64,000 nucleotides of DNA from Pseudomonadota bacterium (GTDB lineage Bacteria > Pseudomonadota > Alphaproteobacteria > Caulobacterales > Caulobacteraceae): assembly GCA_040388315.1 (NCBI GenBank), contig JAZKBZ010000021.1, forward strand, positions 1,960-65,959. Direction: 5' to 3'. Both the position numbers and the translations under genes were made by a program. Of this stretch, positions 19,460 through 30,397 are shown piece after piece (positions within the stretch are counted from its first letter, which is position 1; each line of letters opens with the position of its first letter). The notes beneath the pieces are model-generated. The model did not search any database. It was given only the letters and a program-made list of their open reading frames with translations, and was not told the origin of the DNA.

Positions 19460-20254
19460 ATGAGCTTGATCCACCCCACCGCCGTCATCGCCCCGGGCGC
19501 CCGGATCGCGCCGGACGTGGCGGTCGGCGCCTATGCGGTGATCGGCCCCCAGGTGCGGCTGGCGGCCGGAAACATCGTCGGGCCCCATGTGGTGATCGAG
19601 GGGGCCACCGACATCGGCCCGGGCAACCGTTTCCTGCAGTTCTGCGCCATCGGGGCCGGGCCGCAGGTGGACGGCTGGGCCGGCGAGGCCGGCGCCCTGG
19701 CGATCGGGAGCGACAACGTGTTCCGCGAGTTCGTCACCGTCCACGCCTCCGCCGGCCGCGCCCCCACCCGCATCGGCTCGCGCTGCCTGATCATGACCGG
19801 GGCCCATGTGGCCCACGACTGCGTCGTGGGGGACGGGGTGCGCCTGGCCAACGCCGCCACCCTGGGGGGCCATGTGGAGATCGCCGACCATGCCCAGCTC
19901 AGCGGTCTGGTCGCCGTCCACCAGCACACCCGGATCGGAACCCACGCCTTCGTGGCCGGGGGCTCCATCGTCACCCAGGACGCGCCGCCCTTCTGCCTGG
20001 TGCAGGGGGACCGGGCGCGGCTGGTGGGGCTGAACGCCGTCGGGCTGAGGCGGGCGGGGTTCGCCGCGGGCGAGATCGCCGAGCTGCGGCGGGCCTACCG
20101 CATCCTGTTCCTCGGCGATGGCGACCGCGAGGACCGGCTGGCCGCCGCGCGCCTCGGCGCCGGCGACCATACCCTGGCCCTGATCGAATTCCTGGAAAGC
20201 TCCGGCCGCGGCTGCATCTCCACGCCACGCAGCCGGGCGAAGGTGGCGGCTTAG
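19460..20254 (+). CDS. lpxA: LpxA-like acyl-ACP--UDP-GlcNAc acyltransferase (divergent, orphan)
   Basis: IHPTAVI hexapeptide repeats, AHVAHDC, LGGHV, VHQ, QDAPPF, GLNAVGLRRAGF; lacks the QDLK motif. Confidence 0.8.
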   Translation: MSLIHPTAVIAPGARIAPDVAVGAYAVIGPQVRLAAGNIVGPHVVIEGATDIGPGNRFLQFCAIGAGPQVDGWAGEAGALAIGSDNVFREFVTVHASAGRAPTRIGSRCLIMTGAHVAHDCVVGDGVRLANAATLGGHVEIADHAQLSGLVAVHQHTRIGTHAFVAGGSIVTQDAPPFCLVQGDRARLVGLNAVGLRRAGFAAGEIAELRRAYRILFLGDGDREDRLAAARLGAGDHTLALIEFLESSGRGCISTPRSRAKVAA

Positions 20255-21429
20255 GCGACCGCCGGAACCACCTGCGGATCCTGCTCGGCGGCGTAGTCGA
20301 CGCCCTGCAGGCCGAAGCCGAAGATCTTCAGGAAGTCGGATCGGAAGCCGGCCAGGTCGGCCAGTTCGGGCAGGGTGTCGGTGGAGATCCTCGCCCAGCG
20401 GCGCTTGACCTCGTCCTGGACGGGCGCCGACAGCTCCCAGTCGTCCAGGCGCACGCGGCCGGCCTCGTCCAGGGCCTCAGGACCCGGCAGGACGGCGCGG
20501 AACAGGCGGTCGATCTGCTCGATGCAGCCCTCGTGCAGGCCCATCTCCTTCATCACCTTGAACAGCACCACCCCATAGAGCGGCACCACGGGGATGGCCG
20601 AGGAGGCCTGGGTGACCACGGCCTTCAGGGACACGACCCGGGCGGCGTGGTCGCCGTGCCTGGCGCGGACGGCGGCGGCGGCGCGGTCGAGGTCTTCCTT
20701 GGCCTTGCCCAGGGTGGCCTTCCAGTAGATCGGCCAGGTCAGCTCCGAGCCGATATAGGTGTAGCTGAGGGTCTTGAAGCCCGGCGCCAGGACCCCGGCC
20801 TCGGAGAGAGCGGCGATCCACATCTCCCAGTCCTCGCCGCCCATGACCGCCACCGTGCCGGCGGTTTCCTCGGGGGTGGCGGGCTGGAGCTCGGTCTCGA
20901 AGACCTCGCCCTTGTCGGTGTTCAGGGTCTTGACGGTGACGGGCGCGCCCAGGGGCTTGATGGCCGAGCGGAAGGTCTCACCGGTCCTGGGATGGGTCCG
21001 CACCGGGGCGGCCATGGAATAGACCACCAGGTCCACCTGGCCGAGATTGTCGGCGATGGCCTTGATGGTGGCGGCCTTCATCTCGTCGGAGAAGGCGTCG
21101 CCGTCCAGGGTGACGGCCTTGCGGCCGGCCTTGGCGGCCTCGGCCTCGAAGGCGCGGTTGTTGTACCAGCCGGCGCTGGCGGTCTTGGTCTCGCTGGGCG
21201 CCTTCTCGAAGGAGACCCCCACGGTGTCGGCGCCGCCGCCGAAGGTCGCCACGATCCGCGAGGCCAGGCCGTAGCCGGCCGAACAGCCCAGCACCAGGAC
21301 CCGCTTGGCCATGCCGGGGATCTCGCCCTTGCCGGCCACATAGCCCACCTGCTGGTGGACGTTCATGGCGCAGCCGGCCGGATGGGCGGTGGTGCAGATG
21401 AAACCGCGGATACGGGGCTCGATGATCAT
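20251..21429 (-). CDS. fabV: Enoyl-ACP reductase FabV / trans-2-enoyl-CoA reductase
   Basis: MIIEPRIRGFICTTAHPAGC, GCSAGYGLASR, AGWYNN, YIG...IYWKATLGKAK, TQASSAIP. Confidence 0.95.
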   Translation of the reverse strand: MIIEPRIRGFICTTAHPAGCAMNVHQQVGYVAGKGEIPGMAKRVLVLGCSAGYGLASRIVATFGGGADTVGVSFEKAPSETKTASAGWYNNRAFEAEAAKAGRKAVTLDGDAFSDEMKAATIKAIADNLGQVDLVVYSMAAPVRTHPRTGETFRSAIKPLGAPVTVKTLNTDKGEVFETELQPATPEETAGTVAVMGGEDWEMWIAALSEAGVLAPGFKTLSYTYIGSELTWPIYWKATLGKAKEDLDRAAAAVRARHGDHAARVVSLKAVVTQASSAIPVVPLYGVVLFKVMKEMGLHEGCIEQIDRLFRAVLPGPEALDEAGRVRLDDWELSAPVQDEVKRRWARISTDTLPELADLAGFRSDFLKIFGFGLQGVDYAAEQDPQVVPAVA

Positions 21430-21508
21430 GGGCGCCTCTTTTCGTGGAGGCGGAAGATACACGGGCGCGGCGCCAGGCCAAGCCGCTCTGCGCGGGGTGA
21501 CATCAAAC

Positions 21509-21616
21509 CCGCTCGTCCCGGCGAAGGCCGGGATCCAGGTCATAGGTCGCGACCTGCGCCAGCAATCCTGAAAACGGCGGATGCATCTGGGTCCCGGCCT
21601 TCGCCGGGATGAGCGG
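21509..21616. repeat. REP doublet / MITE-like element, family B
   Basis: 30-bp terminal inverted repeats with 2 mismatches: CCGCTCGTCCCGGCGAAGGCCGGGATCCAG and CTGGGTCCCGGCCTTCGCCGGGATGAGCGG. Confidence 0.85.
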
Positions 21617-21621
21617 AGGTC

Positions 21622-24015
21622 TTATGGCGGCGGACCCGCCAGCACCTCGCGCTTGCCGGCGTGGTTGGCGGGGCTGACGACGCCCTCGTTCTCCATCCGC
21701 TCGATGAGCGAGGCGGCGCGGTTGTAGCCGATCTGCAGGCGGCGCTGGACGTAGGAGGTCGAGGCCTTCTTGTCGCGGGTCACCACCGCCACGGCGCGGT
21801 CGTAGAGGTCGTCGCCGGAGCCGCCGTCGTCGAAGCCGCCCTCGCCCTCGCCGTCCTCGTCGTCGGCGCCGGCGGTGACTTCCTCAAGGTACTGGGGCTG
21901 GCCCTGCTCGCGCAGGAACTTGGCCACGGCCTCCACCTCGCCGTCGGAGACGAAGGGCCCGTGCAGGCGGGTGATGCGGCCGCCGCCGGCCATGTAGAGC
22001 ATGTCGCCCTGGCCCAGCAGCTGCTCGGCGCCCTGTTCGCCCAGGATGGTGCGGCTGTCGATCTTGGAGGTGACCTGGAAGCTGATCCGGGTCGGGAAGT
22101 TGGCCTTGATGGTGCCGGTGATGACGTCCACGGACGGACGCTGGGTGGCCATCACCAGGTGGATGCCGGCGGCCCGCGCCATCTGGGCCAGACGCTGGAC
22201 GGCGCCCTCGACGTCCTTGCCGGCGACCAGCATCAGGTCGGCCACTTCGTCGATGACCACGACCAGATAGGGCATGGGCTTCGGATCAATGCGCTCGCTC
22301 TCGTAGATCGGCCGGCCGCTGTCGTCGAAACCGGTCTGGACGGTGCGTTCGAAGTGCTCGCCCTTGGCGGCGGCCTCCTTGGCGCGCTCGTTATACGAGG
22401 CGACGTTCCGCACGCCGATCTTCGACATCAGGCGATAGCGGTCCTCCATCTCGCGGACGGTCCACTTCAGCGCGACGATGGCCTTCTTCGGATCGGTGAC
22501 GACGGGCGCCAGCAGGTGCGGGATGCCGTCATAGACCGACAGCTCCAGCATCTTCGGGTCGATCATGATGAACCGGCACTGATCGGGCGACAGCCGGTAG
22601 AGGATCGACAGGATCATGGCGTTGACGCCCACGGACTTGCCCGAGCCGGTGGTGCCGGCGATCAGCAGGTGGGGCATCTTCGACAGGTCGGCGATATAGG
22701 GCTCGCCGCCGATGGTCTCCCCCAGCGCCATGGGCAGGGCGGAGTTCGACTTTTCGTATTCCGCGCTGCCCAGCAGGTCGCGCAGATAGACGGTCTCGCG
22801 CCGCGCATTGGGCAGCTCGATGCCGATGGCGTTGCGCCCCGGCACCACGCTGACGCGGCAGGCGGCGACGGACATGGAGCGGGCGATATCGTCCGACAGG
22901 GCCACGACCCGGGCCGACTTCACCCCGGCGGCGGGGACCAGCTCATAGAGGGTGACCACGGGACCCGGACGGATCTGGTCGATGGCGCCCTTGACCCCGA
23001 ACTCGGCCAGCACGCTTTCCAGCAGCTGGGCGTTCTGGCGCAGGGCGCCCTCGTCGAACTGGCTGGCCCGCGGCTTGGGCTTGGCCAGCATGGAGAGCTC
23101 GGGCAGGGCGAAGCCGCCGGTCTTGACGAAGTCGAAGGCGCCCTGGGCCTCGCGCAGTTCGCGCCCGGATTCCTTCGGCGCGGCCTTGGGGATCTTCACC
23201 GCCACCGGGGGGGCGAAGGGTTCGGGCTCGGGCGCCGCTGGCTGCGGCGGGCCGGCGGCGGTTTCCGGCTTGGCGATGGGCGGCAGGGCCGAGGCGGGGA
23301 TGCGGTCCTCGCCGGTGGTGGCGGCGCGCGCGCTGGCCCGGCGGGCGACCGAGGGGCGGACGGGCTTGGGCTCGGGGGCGGCCTTGGGCTGCAGGGCGCC
23401 GGCCAGCCAGTGGGCGGCGGCGCCCAGGTCGAGGCGGCGCAGGCCCAGCGCATAGCCGAGGCCCGCGAAGGCGCCGATGGCCAGCAGCAGGGCGGCGATC
23501 AGGGTGGCGGCGGGCAGACGGGCGAAGGCCAGGACCCCGGCCACGCCGTGCAGCAGGCCGTCGCCCCAGAACCCGCCCAGGCCCTTGGCGAGCGGCCAGG
23601 CGGCGGGCGCCGGCGGGGCGGCCAGCAGGCCGGCCAGGGCCAGCAGGCCCAGGGTTCCGATCAGGGCGCGCAGGCGGACCTGGGCGCGGGTCTCGTCGGG
23701 GTGGGGGGAGACGGCGCGATAGAGTCCGAACAGCACCATAAGCAGGGCCGCGACGCCGGCGGCCAGGCCCAGGGACTGGACCCCGATGTCGGCGGCGGTG
23801 GCGCCCGGACCGCCCAGGGCGTTGGAGGCGCGGAAGGGGGAGGCGGCGTTGAGGCTGGGATCGCCGGCGCTATAGGTGGCGAGCGCCACGGCGAAGGCCG
23901 CGCCGCAGGCCGCGATCAGTCCGCCCCGAAGCCGCGCGGTGGTCGGATGGGTCCAGGCCAGGCTGGCGATATGCAGCCCCAGCTCCAAACCCGTCTTTCG
24001 CGCCGCCCGCGCCAT
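21622..24015 (-). CDS. ftsK: DNA translocase FtsK
   Basis: N-terminal TM domain, GPVVTLYE, PHLLIAGTTGSGKSV, IDPKMLEL, ATQRPSVDVITG, gamma domain LQIGYNRAA. Confidence 0.98.
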   Translation of the reverse strand: MARAARKTGLELGLHIASLAWTHPTTARLRGGLIAACGAAFAVALATYSAGDPSLNAASPFRASNALGGPGATAADIGVQSLGLAAGVAALLMVLFGLYRAVSPHPDETRAQVRLRALIGTLGLLALAGLLAAPPAPAAWPLAKGLGGFWGDGLLHGVAGVLAFARLPAATLIAALLLAIGAFAGLGYALGLRRLDLGAAAHWLAGALQPKAAPEPKPVRPSVARRASARAATTGEDRIPASALPPIAKPETAAGPPQPAAPEPEPFAPPVAVKIPKAAPKESGRELREAQGAFDFVKTGGFALPELSMLAKPKPRASQFDEGALRQNAQLLESVLAEFGVKGAIDQIRPGPVVTLYELVPAAGVKSARVVALSDDIARSMSVAACRVSVVPGRNAIGIELPNARRETVYLRDLLGSAEYEKSNSALPMALGETIGGEPYIADLSKMPHLLIAGTTGSGKSVGVNAMILSILYRLSPDQCRFIMIDPKMLELSVYDGIPHLLAPVVTDPKKAIVALKWTVREMEDRYRLMSKIGVRNVASYNERAKEAAAKGEHFERTVQTGFDDSGRPIYESERIDPKPMPYLVVVIDEVADLMLVAGKDVEGAVQRLAQMARAAGIHLVMATQRPSVDVITGTIKANFPTRISFQVTSKIDSRTILGEQGAEQLLGQGDMLYMAGGGRITRLHGPFVSDGEVEAVAKFLREQGQPQYLEEVTAGADDEDGEGEGGFDDGGSGDDLYDRAVAVVTRDKKASTSYVQRRLQIGYNRAASLIERMENEGVVSPANHAGKREVLAGPPP

Positions 24016-24164
24016 TCGTCACGCCTCCCATTCTGGAAGTCCCAGTCTATGGAGCCCAGGTGGTTAAGAGGCGTTTACCTCGCGGCGACCGATCGCGGCG
24101 ATTCACGCCGCTTCCTTCACGATACGATTCCACTTTGCCGCGATCCGCATTAGGACTTGGCGCC

Positions 24165-24593
24165 ATGTGGAGCATGCCGCGCAGCGTCCTGAGGGTTGTC
24201 GCCGTTCTCATCGCCCTGTGCGCGGTGAGCGGCTTTGTCCTGGGGGTCCGGGGCGCGCCGGAGAAGGCGCGTCTGCCGGGCGAGGGCCCCCCGGGCGCCG
24301 CCGCCGGGGTCCAGCTCCAGGCCACCGAGGCCAAGCCCCTGGGGGACGAGGTCCTGACCCCGCCGCCGCCGGTGGTGGTCGCCAAGGTCGAGGAGAAGAA
24401 GCCCGAGGAGAAGAAGCCCGAGGCCGACCCCCTGGATCTCGCCGCCGACCAGGCTCCGCCCCAGACCATCGCCAGCGCCACCCCGGCCAAGCCCGCCGCG
24501 CCCAAGCCCGCGACGCCCCCGCCGGCCGCCGAGGATCGGGTCGGCGACCTGCTGGACGGCATCACCCCGCCCCCAAGCGACCCGCCGCACTGA
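24165..24593 (+). CDS. Hypothetical membrane-anchored Pro/Ala-rich protein
   Basis: One TM helix then a low-complexity tail with EEKKP x2; codon usage looks coding. Confidence 0.6.
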   Translation: MWSMPRSVLRVVAVLIALCAVSGFVLGVRGAPEKARLPGEGPPGAAAGVQLQATEAKPLGDEVLTPPPPVVVAKVEEKKPEEKKPEADPLDLAADQAPPQTIASATPAKPAAPKPATPPPAAEDRVGDLLDGITPPPSDPPH

Positions 24594-24595
24594 AC

Positions 24596-25210
24596 CTAAG
24601 CCGCGAGGCCGGCCCGCCGCAGGGTCAGGTTGATCCGGCCGCCGCCGGGGATCAGGCGCGAGGAACCGGCCAGGATGCGGTCGACCCCGTGATGGAACAG
24701 GCGCGCCTCGCCCCCCAGCAGGCAAACATCCCCCGAGGCCAGCCGTAGCGAGCGGGTGGGATCGTTCCGTTTGAGGCCGCCCAGCCGGAAGACCGCGGTG
24801 TCGCCCAGGGAGACCGACAGCACCGGAAACTCGAAGTCGGCCTCGTCCCTGTCCTGGTGCAGGCCCATGCGGGCCTCGCCGCGATAGAGATTGACCAGGC
24901 AGGCGTCGGGCGGGGTCAGCGGATCGGCGAGCCGCGCCCAGAGATCCAGCAGAACCTGGGGGATGGCGGGCCAGGGTTGGCCGGTCCGCGGATGGGTGGC
25001 CTGGTAGCGGTAGCCGCGGGCGTCGGTGACCCAGCCCAGGGGGCCGAGATTGGTGGTCTCCACGCTCATCGCCTTACCGCCCGGCGTGATCGGCCGGTAG
25101 AAGGGCGCGGCCTGGGCTAGGTCGAGAACCTCGCCCACCAGGGCGCGTTGCGCCTCCGGCGACAGGGCGCCGGGATGGAGCACGAAGCCCTGCGTCGTCG
25201 AAACGGTCAT
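24596..25210 (-). CDS. alkB: Alpha-ketoglutarate-dependent dioxygenase AlkB
   Basis: CLVNLY, MGLHQDRDE (HxD), SVSLG, FHHGV, RINLTLRR. Confidence 0.92.
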   Translation of the reverse strand: MTVSTTQGFVLHPGALSPEAQRALVGEVLDLAQAAPFYRPITPGGKAMSVETTNLGPLGWVTDARGYRYQATHPRTGQPWPAIPQVLLDLWARLADPLTPPDACLVNLYRGEARMGLHQDRDEADFEFPVLSVSLGDTAVFRLGGLKRNDPTRSLRLASGDVCLLGGEARLFHHGVDRILAGSSRLIPGGGRINLTLRRAGLAA

Positions 25211-25229
25211 GAGGCGCCATATAGGCCAG

Positions 25230-25730
25230 ATGGACGCAACCGCACCCATGAGGCCTGGCGCCTTCCGGACCCTGACCTCCGGGGAGGCGGCCCTGGCCTG
25301 GGAGATGTTCGGGCCGGAGCTGGACCCCGACCCCGTGCGGATCTTCGCCATTCCCCTCTGGCCCCGCGCCTTCGTGCCCTTCGGACGGCTGATCGTCTGG
25401 CCGGCGGTCCAGGCGCTCGCCGACTTCGCCCGGGCGCCCCTGCCGCTGCAGGCGGTGTTCGTCCACGAACTGACCCACCTCTGGCAGGCTCAGGCCGGGG
25501 TCAATCTGCTCATGGCCAAGCTGCTGGCCGGGGACGGTCCGGGCGCCTATGCCTACGATCTTTCGAAAACCTGCGATTTCTCAAGGTTGAATATCGAGCA
25601 GCAGGCCATGGTCTTCCAACACGCGTTTTTGGCCGCGCGCGGCGGTTCCGCACCTCATGAAGGTGAAGCTTATGCAAGGATATTAGCGACTTGGCGGGAG
25701 GGCTCCGCCACAAGACCCCGCACACTTTAA
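25230..25730 (+). CDS. HExxH metallopeptidase-like 'Vgr-related' protein
   Basis: RTLTSGE, FVHELTHLWQ, YAY, NIEQQA. Start uncertain (25209, 25230 or 25248). Confidence 0.7.
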   Translation: MDATAPMRPGAFRTLTSGEAALAWEMFGPELDPDPVRIFAIPLWPRAFVPFGRLIVWPAVQALADFARAPLPLQAVFVHELTHLWQAQAGVNLLMAKLLAGDGPGAYAYDLSKTCDFSRLNIEQQAMVFQHAFLAARGGSAPHEGEAYARILATWREGSATRPRTL

Positions 25731-25741
25731 GGGCATTCGCC

Positions 25742-25769
25742 CTTGCGGGGACGCCCCGCCATCCCATAT
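25742..25769 (+). promoter_or_regulatory. RpoH (sigma32) promoter of dnaK
   Basis: CTTGCG-N15-CCCATAT, about 145 nt upstream of dnaK. Confidence 0.7.
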
Positions 25770-25912
25770 CGCGACTCGACGGCGGTTTCCGCACAGGTTA
25801 ACCGCCCGAGACCCTGATCGAACCGGGGACGGTGACAGAAAAAGTCGGGCGCTTGGAAACGAGGCCCCTCACGCACCGTCCGCCACTAGTGGAGCGAGCA
25901 AGAGACTCGAAC

Positions 25913-27820
<1,908 letters not shown>

Positions 27821-27973
27821 CCTCGCGCCCCATGGCGGCCCTTCGCATTCCTTGCGAAAGGTCGTCGTGGGGAGCGACACCGCGCCGCGGCGATCTCGCT
27901 TGGCCCGAGGCTTGCAGCCGGGGCCGGGCGATCCCACCTCCCTTGAAGATCAATTTGAACGCCTGATGATTTG

Positions 27974-29125
27974 ATGCGGGACTATTACGACATCCTGGGC
28001 GTGACGCGCGGCTGCGACGAAGCCGCGCTCAAGTCGTCCTTCCGCAAGCTCGCCATGGAGCACCACCCCGACCGCAATGGCGGTTGCGAGGAGGCCGAGG
28101 GGCGGTTCAAGGAAATCAACGAGGCCTATTCGGTCCTCTCCGACCCCCAGAAGCGCGCGGCCTACGACCGGTTCGGTCATGCGGGCGTGAACGGTTCGGG
28201 CGGTGGCGGTGGCGGAAACGGCCAGTTCCACGACGTGAACGACATCTTCAACGAGGTGTTCGGCGACGTCTTCGGCGACATGTTCGGCGGACGCCGCCAG
28301 CGCGGCGGTCCGGCCCGAGGCCAGGACCTGCGCTACGACCTGGAGATCAGCCTGGAGCAGGCCTATGCCGGCTCCGAGGTGGAGATCGTGGTTCCGGCCT
28401 CCATCCAGTGCGAGGCCTGCGACGGCTCGGGCGCCAAGCCCGGCACCAGTCCCACGGTCTGCGGCGGCTGCGGCGGCGCCGGCCGGGTCCGCGCCAGCCA
28501 GGGCTTCTTCTCCGTCGAACGCGCCTGTCCCCGCTGCGGCGGCTCGGGCCAGATCATCGCCGATCCCTGCGTCGAGTGCCGCGGCCACGGCCAGGTCCGC
28601 AAGGAGCGCACCCTTCAGGTCCGCATCCCGGCCGGGGTCGATGACGGCGCCCGCATACGACTTGCGGGAGAAGGCGACGCTGGAGCGAGGGGCGGGCCGC
28701 GCGGCGACCTCTACATCTTCCTGTCGGTGAAGCCGCACGAGCTGTTCGAGCGCGACGGCCTGGACCTGCTCTGCACCGTGCCCGTGCCCATGACGGTGGC
28801 CGCCCTGGGCGGCGCCATCGAGGCCCCCTGCCTGATGGGCGGGGAGAATTGCGACGGGAACTGCAAGATCGAGGTCAAGGTGCCCGAAGGCGCCCAGACC
28901 GGCCGCACCGTCCGACTCAAGGGCCGCGGCATGCCCTCCCTGCGCTCCCGCGAGCGGGGCGACCTGGTGGTGGAGCTCTTCGTCGAGACTCCAACCCGCC
29001 TGAACGCCCGGCAAAAGGAGCTGCTGCGCGAACTGTCGGACCTCTGCGGCGAGCAGCAGCATCCCAAGTCCGCCAACTTCCTGGGCAAGGCCAAACGCTT
29101 CTGGGAAGAGGTGACGGGGGCCTAG
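27974..29125 (+). CDS. dnaJ: Chaperone DnaJ
   Basis: J domain with HPD, four CxxCxGxG repeats, GDLYI. Confidence 0.98.
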   Translation: MRDYYDILGVTRGCDEAALKSSFRKLAMEHHPDRNGGCEEAEGRFKEINEAYSVLSDPQKRAAYDRFGHAGVNGSGGGGGGNGQFHDVNDIFNEVFGDVFGDMFGGRRQRGGPARGQDLRYDLEISLEQAYAGSEVEIVVPASIQCEACDGSGAKPGTSPTVCGGCGGAGRVRASQGFFSVERACPRCGGSGQIIADPCVECRGHGQVRKERTLQVRIPAGVDDGARIRLAGEGDAGARGGPRGDLYIFLSVKPHELFERDGLDLLCTVPVPMTVAALGGAIEAPCLMGGENCDGNCKIEVKVPEGAQTGRTVRLKGRGMPSLRSRERGDLVVELFVETPTRLNARQKELLRELSDLCGEQQHPKSANFLGKAKRFWEEVTGA

Positions 29126-29144
29126 GCCCCCTCCGCGGCCGGCC

Positions 29145-29879
29145 ATGATCCCGCCCGCCGACGCGATCGCCGCCGCCGACGTGTTCCTGGGCCTGATCGA
29201 CGCCCAGGCGCCGGGCCTGGTCCAGGGCTTCCACCTGGTGGGCTCGGCCGTGCTGGACGACTGGCGTCCCGGGGCCAGCGACGTCGACTTCCTCGCCGTC
29301 ACCGCCCAGCCACTCTCGGACCTCCAGCGGGAGGCGATCACCGCGGCCCTGCTGGCCTATAACCGGCTCCCGGGCCGCCCGCCGATCGAGGGCGAATGGA
29401 TGACGGCGGGCGACCTGACCCGGCCACCCGCCACCAACCCCGGCGTCATCGCCCTGCGGACCCTGGACCTTCACGGCTACGCCGTGCGTGGCGCGCGTCC
29501 CGCCGAGATCTGGCGTGACGAGGCCGCGGTCCGCGCCGCCATCCTGGACAATCTCGACACCTACTGGACCGCCTGGCTGCGCCGGGCGCGGCGGCTGCTG
29601 ACGCCGCTGGGGATCATGATGCTGAACGGCTGGGCGCCGGCCTGGGGCGTGCTGGGGGTGGCGCGGCTGGCCTACAGCCTGGAGACCGGGGACATCACCT
29701 CCAAGACCGGGGCCGGCCGCTGGGCCCTGGAGCGGTTTCCGAAACACCGTCGCATCCTCGCCGAGGCTCTGCGCCTGCGCGCCGGCGAGGGCGAGCCCCT
29801 CTATCGCAGCCGCTTTCCCCGCAAGCGCGAAGCCCTGGCCGCCATGGCCGACATCATGGCCGCCTGCCGCGCCGCCTAG
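29145..29879 (+). CDS. Nucleotidyltransferase (AadA/ANT-like, DUF4111-type C-terminus)
   Basis: HLVGSAVLDDWRPGASDVDFL (GS...DxD); C-terminal RLAYSLETGDITSKTGAGRWAL. Confidence 0.75.
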   Translation: MIPPADAIAAADVFLGLIDAQAPGLVQGFHLVGSAVLDDWRPGASDVDFLAVTAQPLSDLQREAITAALLAYNRLPGRPPIEGEWMTAGDLTRPPATNPGVIALRTLDLHGYAVRGARPAEIWRDEAAVRAAILDNLDTYWTAWLRRARRLLTPLGIMMLNGWAPAWGVLGVARLAYSLETGDITSKTGAGRWALERFPKHRRILAEALRLRAGEGEPLYRSRFPRKREALAAMADIMAACRAA

Positions 29880-30397
29880 CCGGCCAGCGTGCGGATATCT
29901 CGCCACCGGTAGCTGACCTCGTACATCAGGCCGCCGGGGCCGGGCTCCTTGCGCGGCGCCTGCGCCTCGCCGCCCAGGTGTTCGTAGAAGCCGCGGGCGG
30001 GGACGTTGTCGCGCAGGACCGAGATCATCAGCGACGTCGCCCCCTGGTCGGCGAACACCCGGGCCGCGGCGGTCAGCAGCCGCCGGCCCAGCTCCTGGCC
30101 CTGGTGGGCGCGCAGGACATAGAGGGTGGTGACCTCCGCCTCGCCGGGCGCGCGGCTGCGCGAGGGCCCGCCCGCCGCATAGCCCACGATCCCCGCCCGG
30201 TCGGCGGCGGCCAGAGTGATCTCGTGCTCGGCGGGGCTGACTAGGGCCCGGGTGAAGCGCCGGGCGTGGACCGCGGCGCTCATGCGGTCGAGATAGGAGT
30301 CCGGCAGCAGGCCCCGATAGGTCTCGCGCCAGGCGGTCACGTGGACCTGGGCCAGGGCCCAGGCGTCGTCGGGGCCGGCGGGGAAGATGACGTGCAT
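29876..30397 (-). CDS. GNAT family N-acetyltransferase
   Basis: HVTAWRETYRG, LYVLRAHQGQELG (motif A), NVPARGFYEHLGG. Confidence 0.9.
   Translation of the reverse strand: MHVIFPAGPDDAWALAQVHVTAWRETYRGLLPDSYLDRMSAAVHARRFTRALVSPAEHEITLAAADRAGIVGYAAGGPSRSRAPGEAEVTTLYVLRAHQGQELGRRLLTAAARVFADQGATSLMISVLRDNVPARGFYEHLGGEAQAPRKEPGPGGLMYEVSYRWRDIRTLAG

Noticed and set aside
24388-24425. 15-bp tandem repeat GAGGAGAAGAAGCCC
   Set aside because: Two copies encoding EEKKP in a low-complexity linker; no spacers, so not CRISPR.
25209-25730. Type VI secretion or Rhs locus suggested by the Vgr-related protein
   Set aside because: No vgrG, PAAR, hcp, tss or immunity genes in the window.
29145-30397. Toxin-antitoxin (MNT-HEPN or GNAT-RHH) or CBASS-type defence system
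   Set aside because: Genes are convergent, with no HEPN/RHH partner and no CD-NTase effector nearby.
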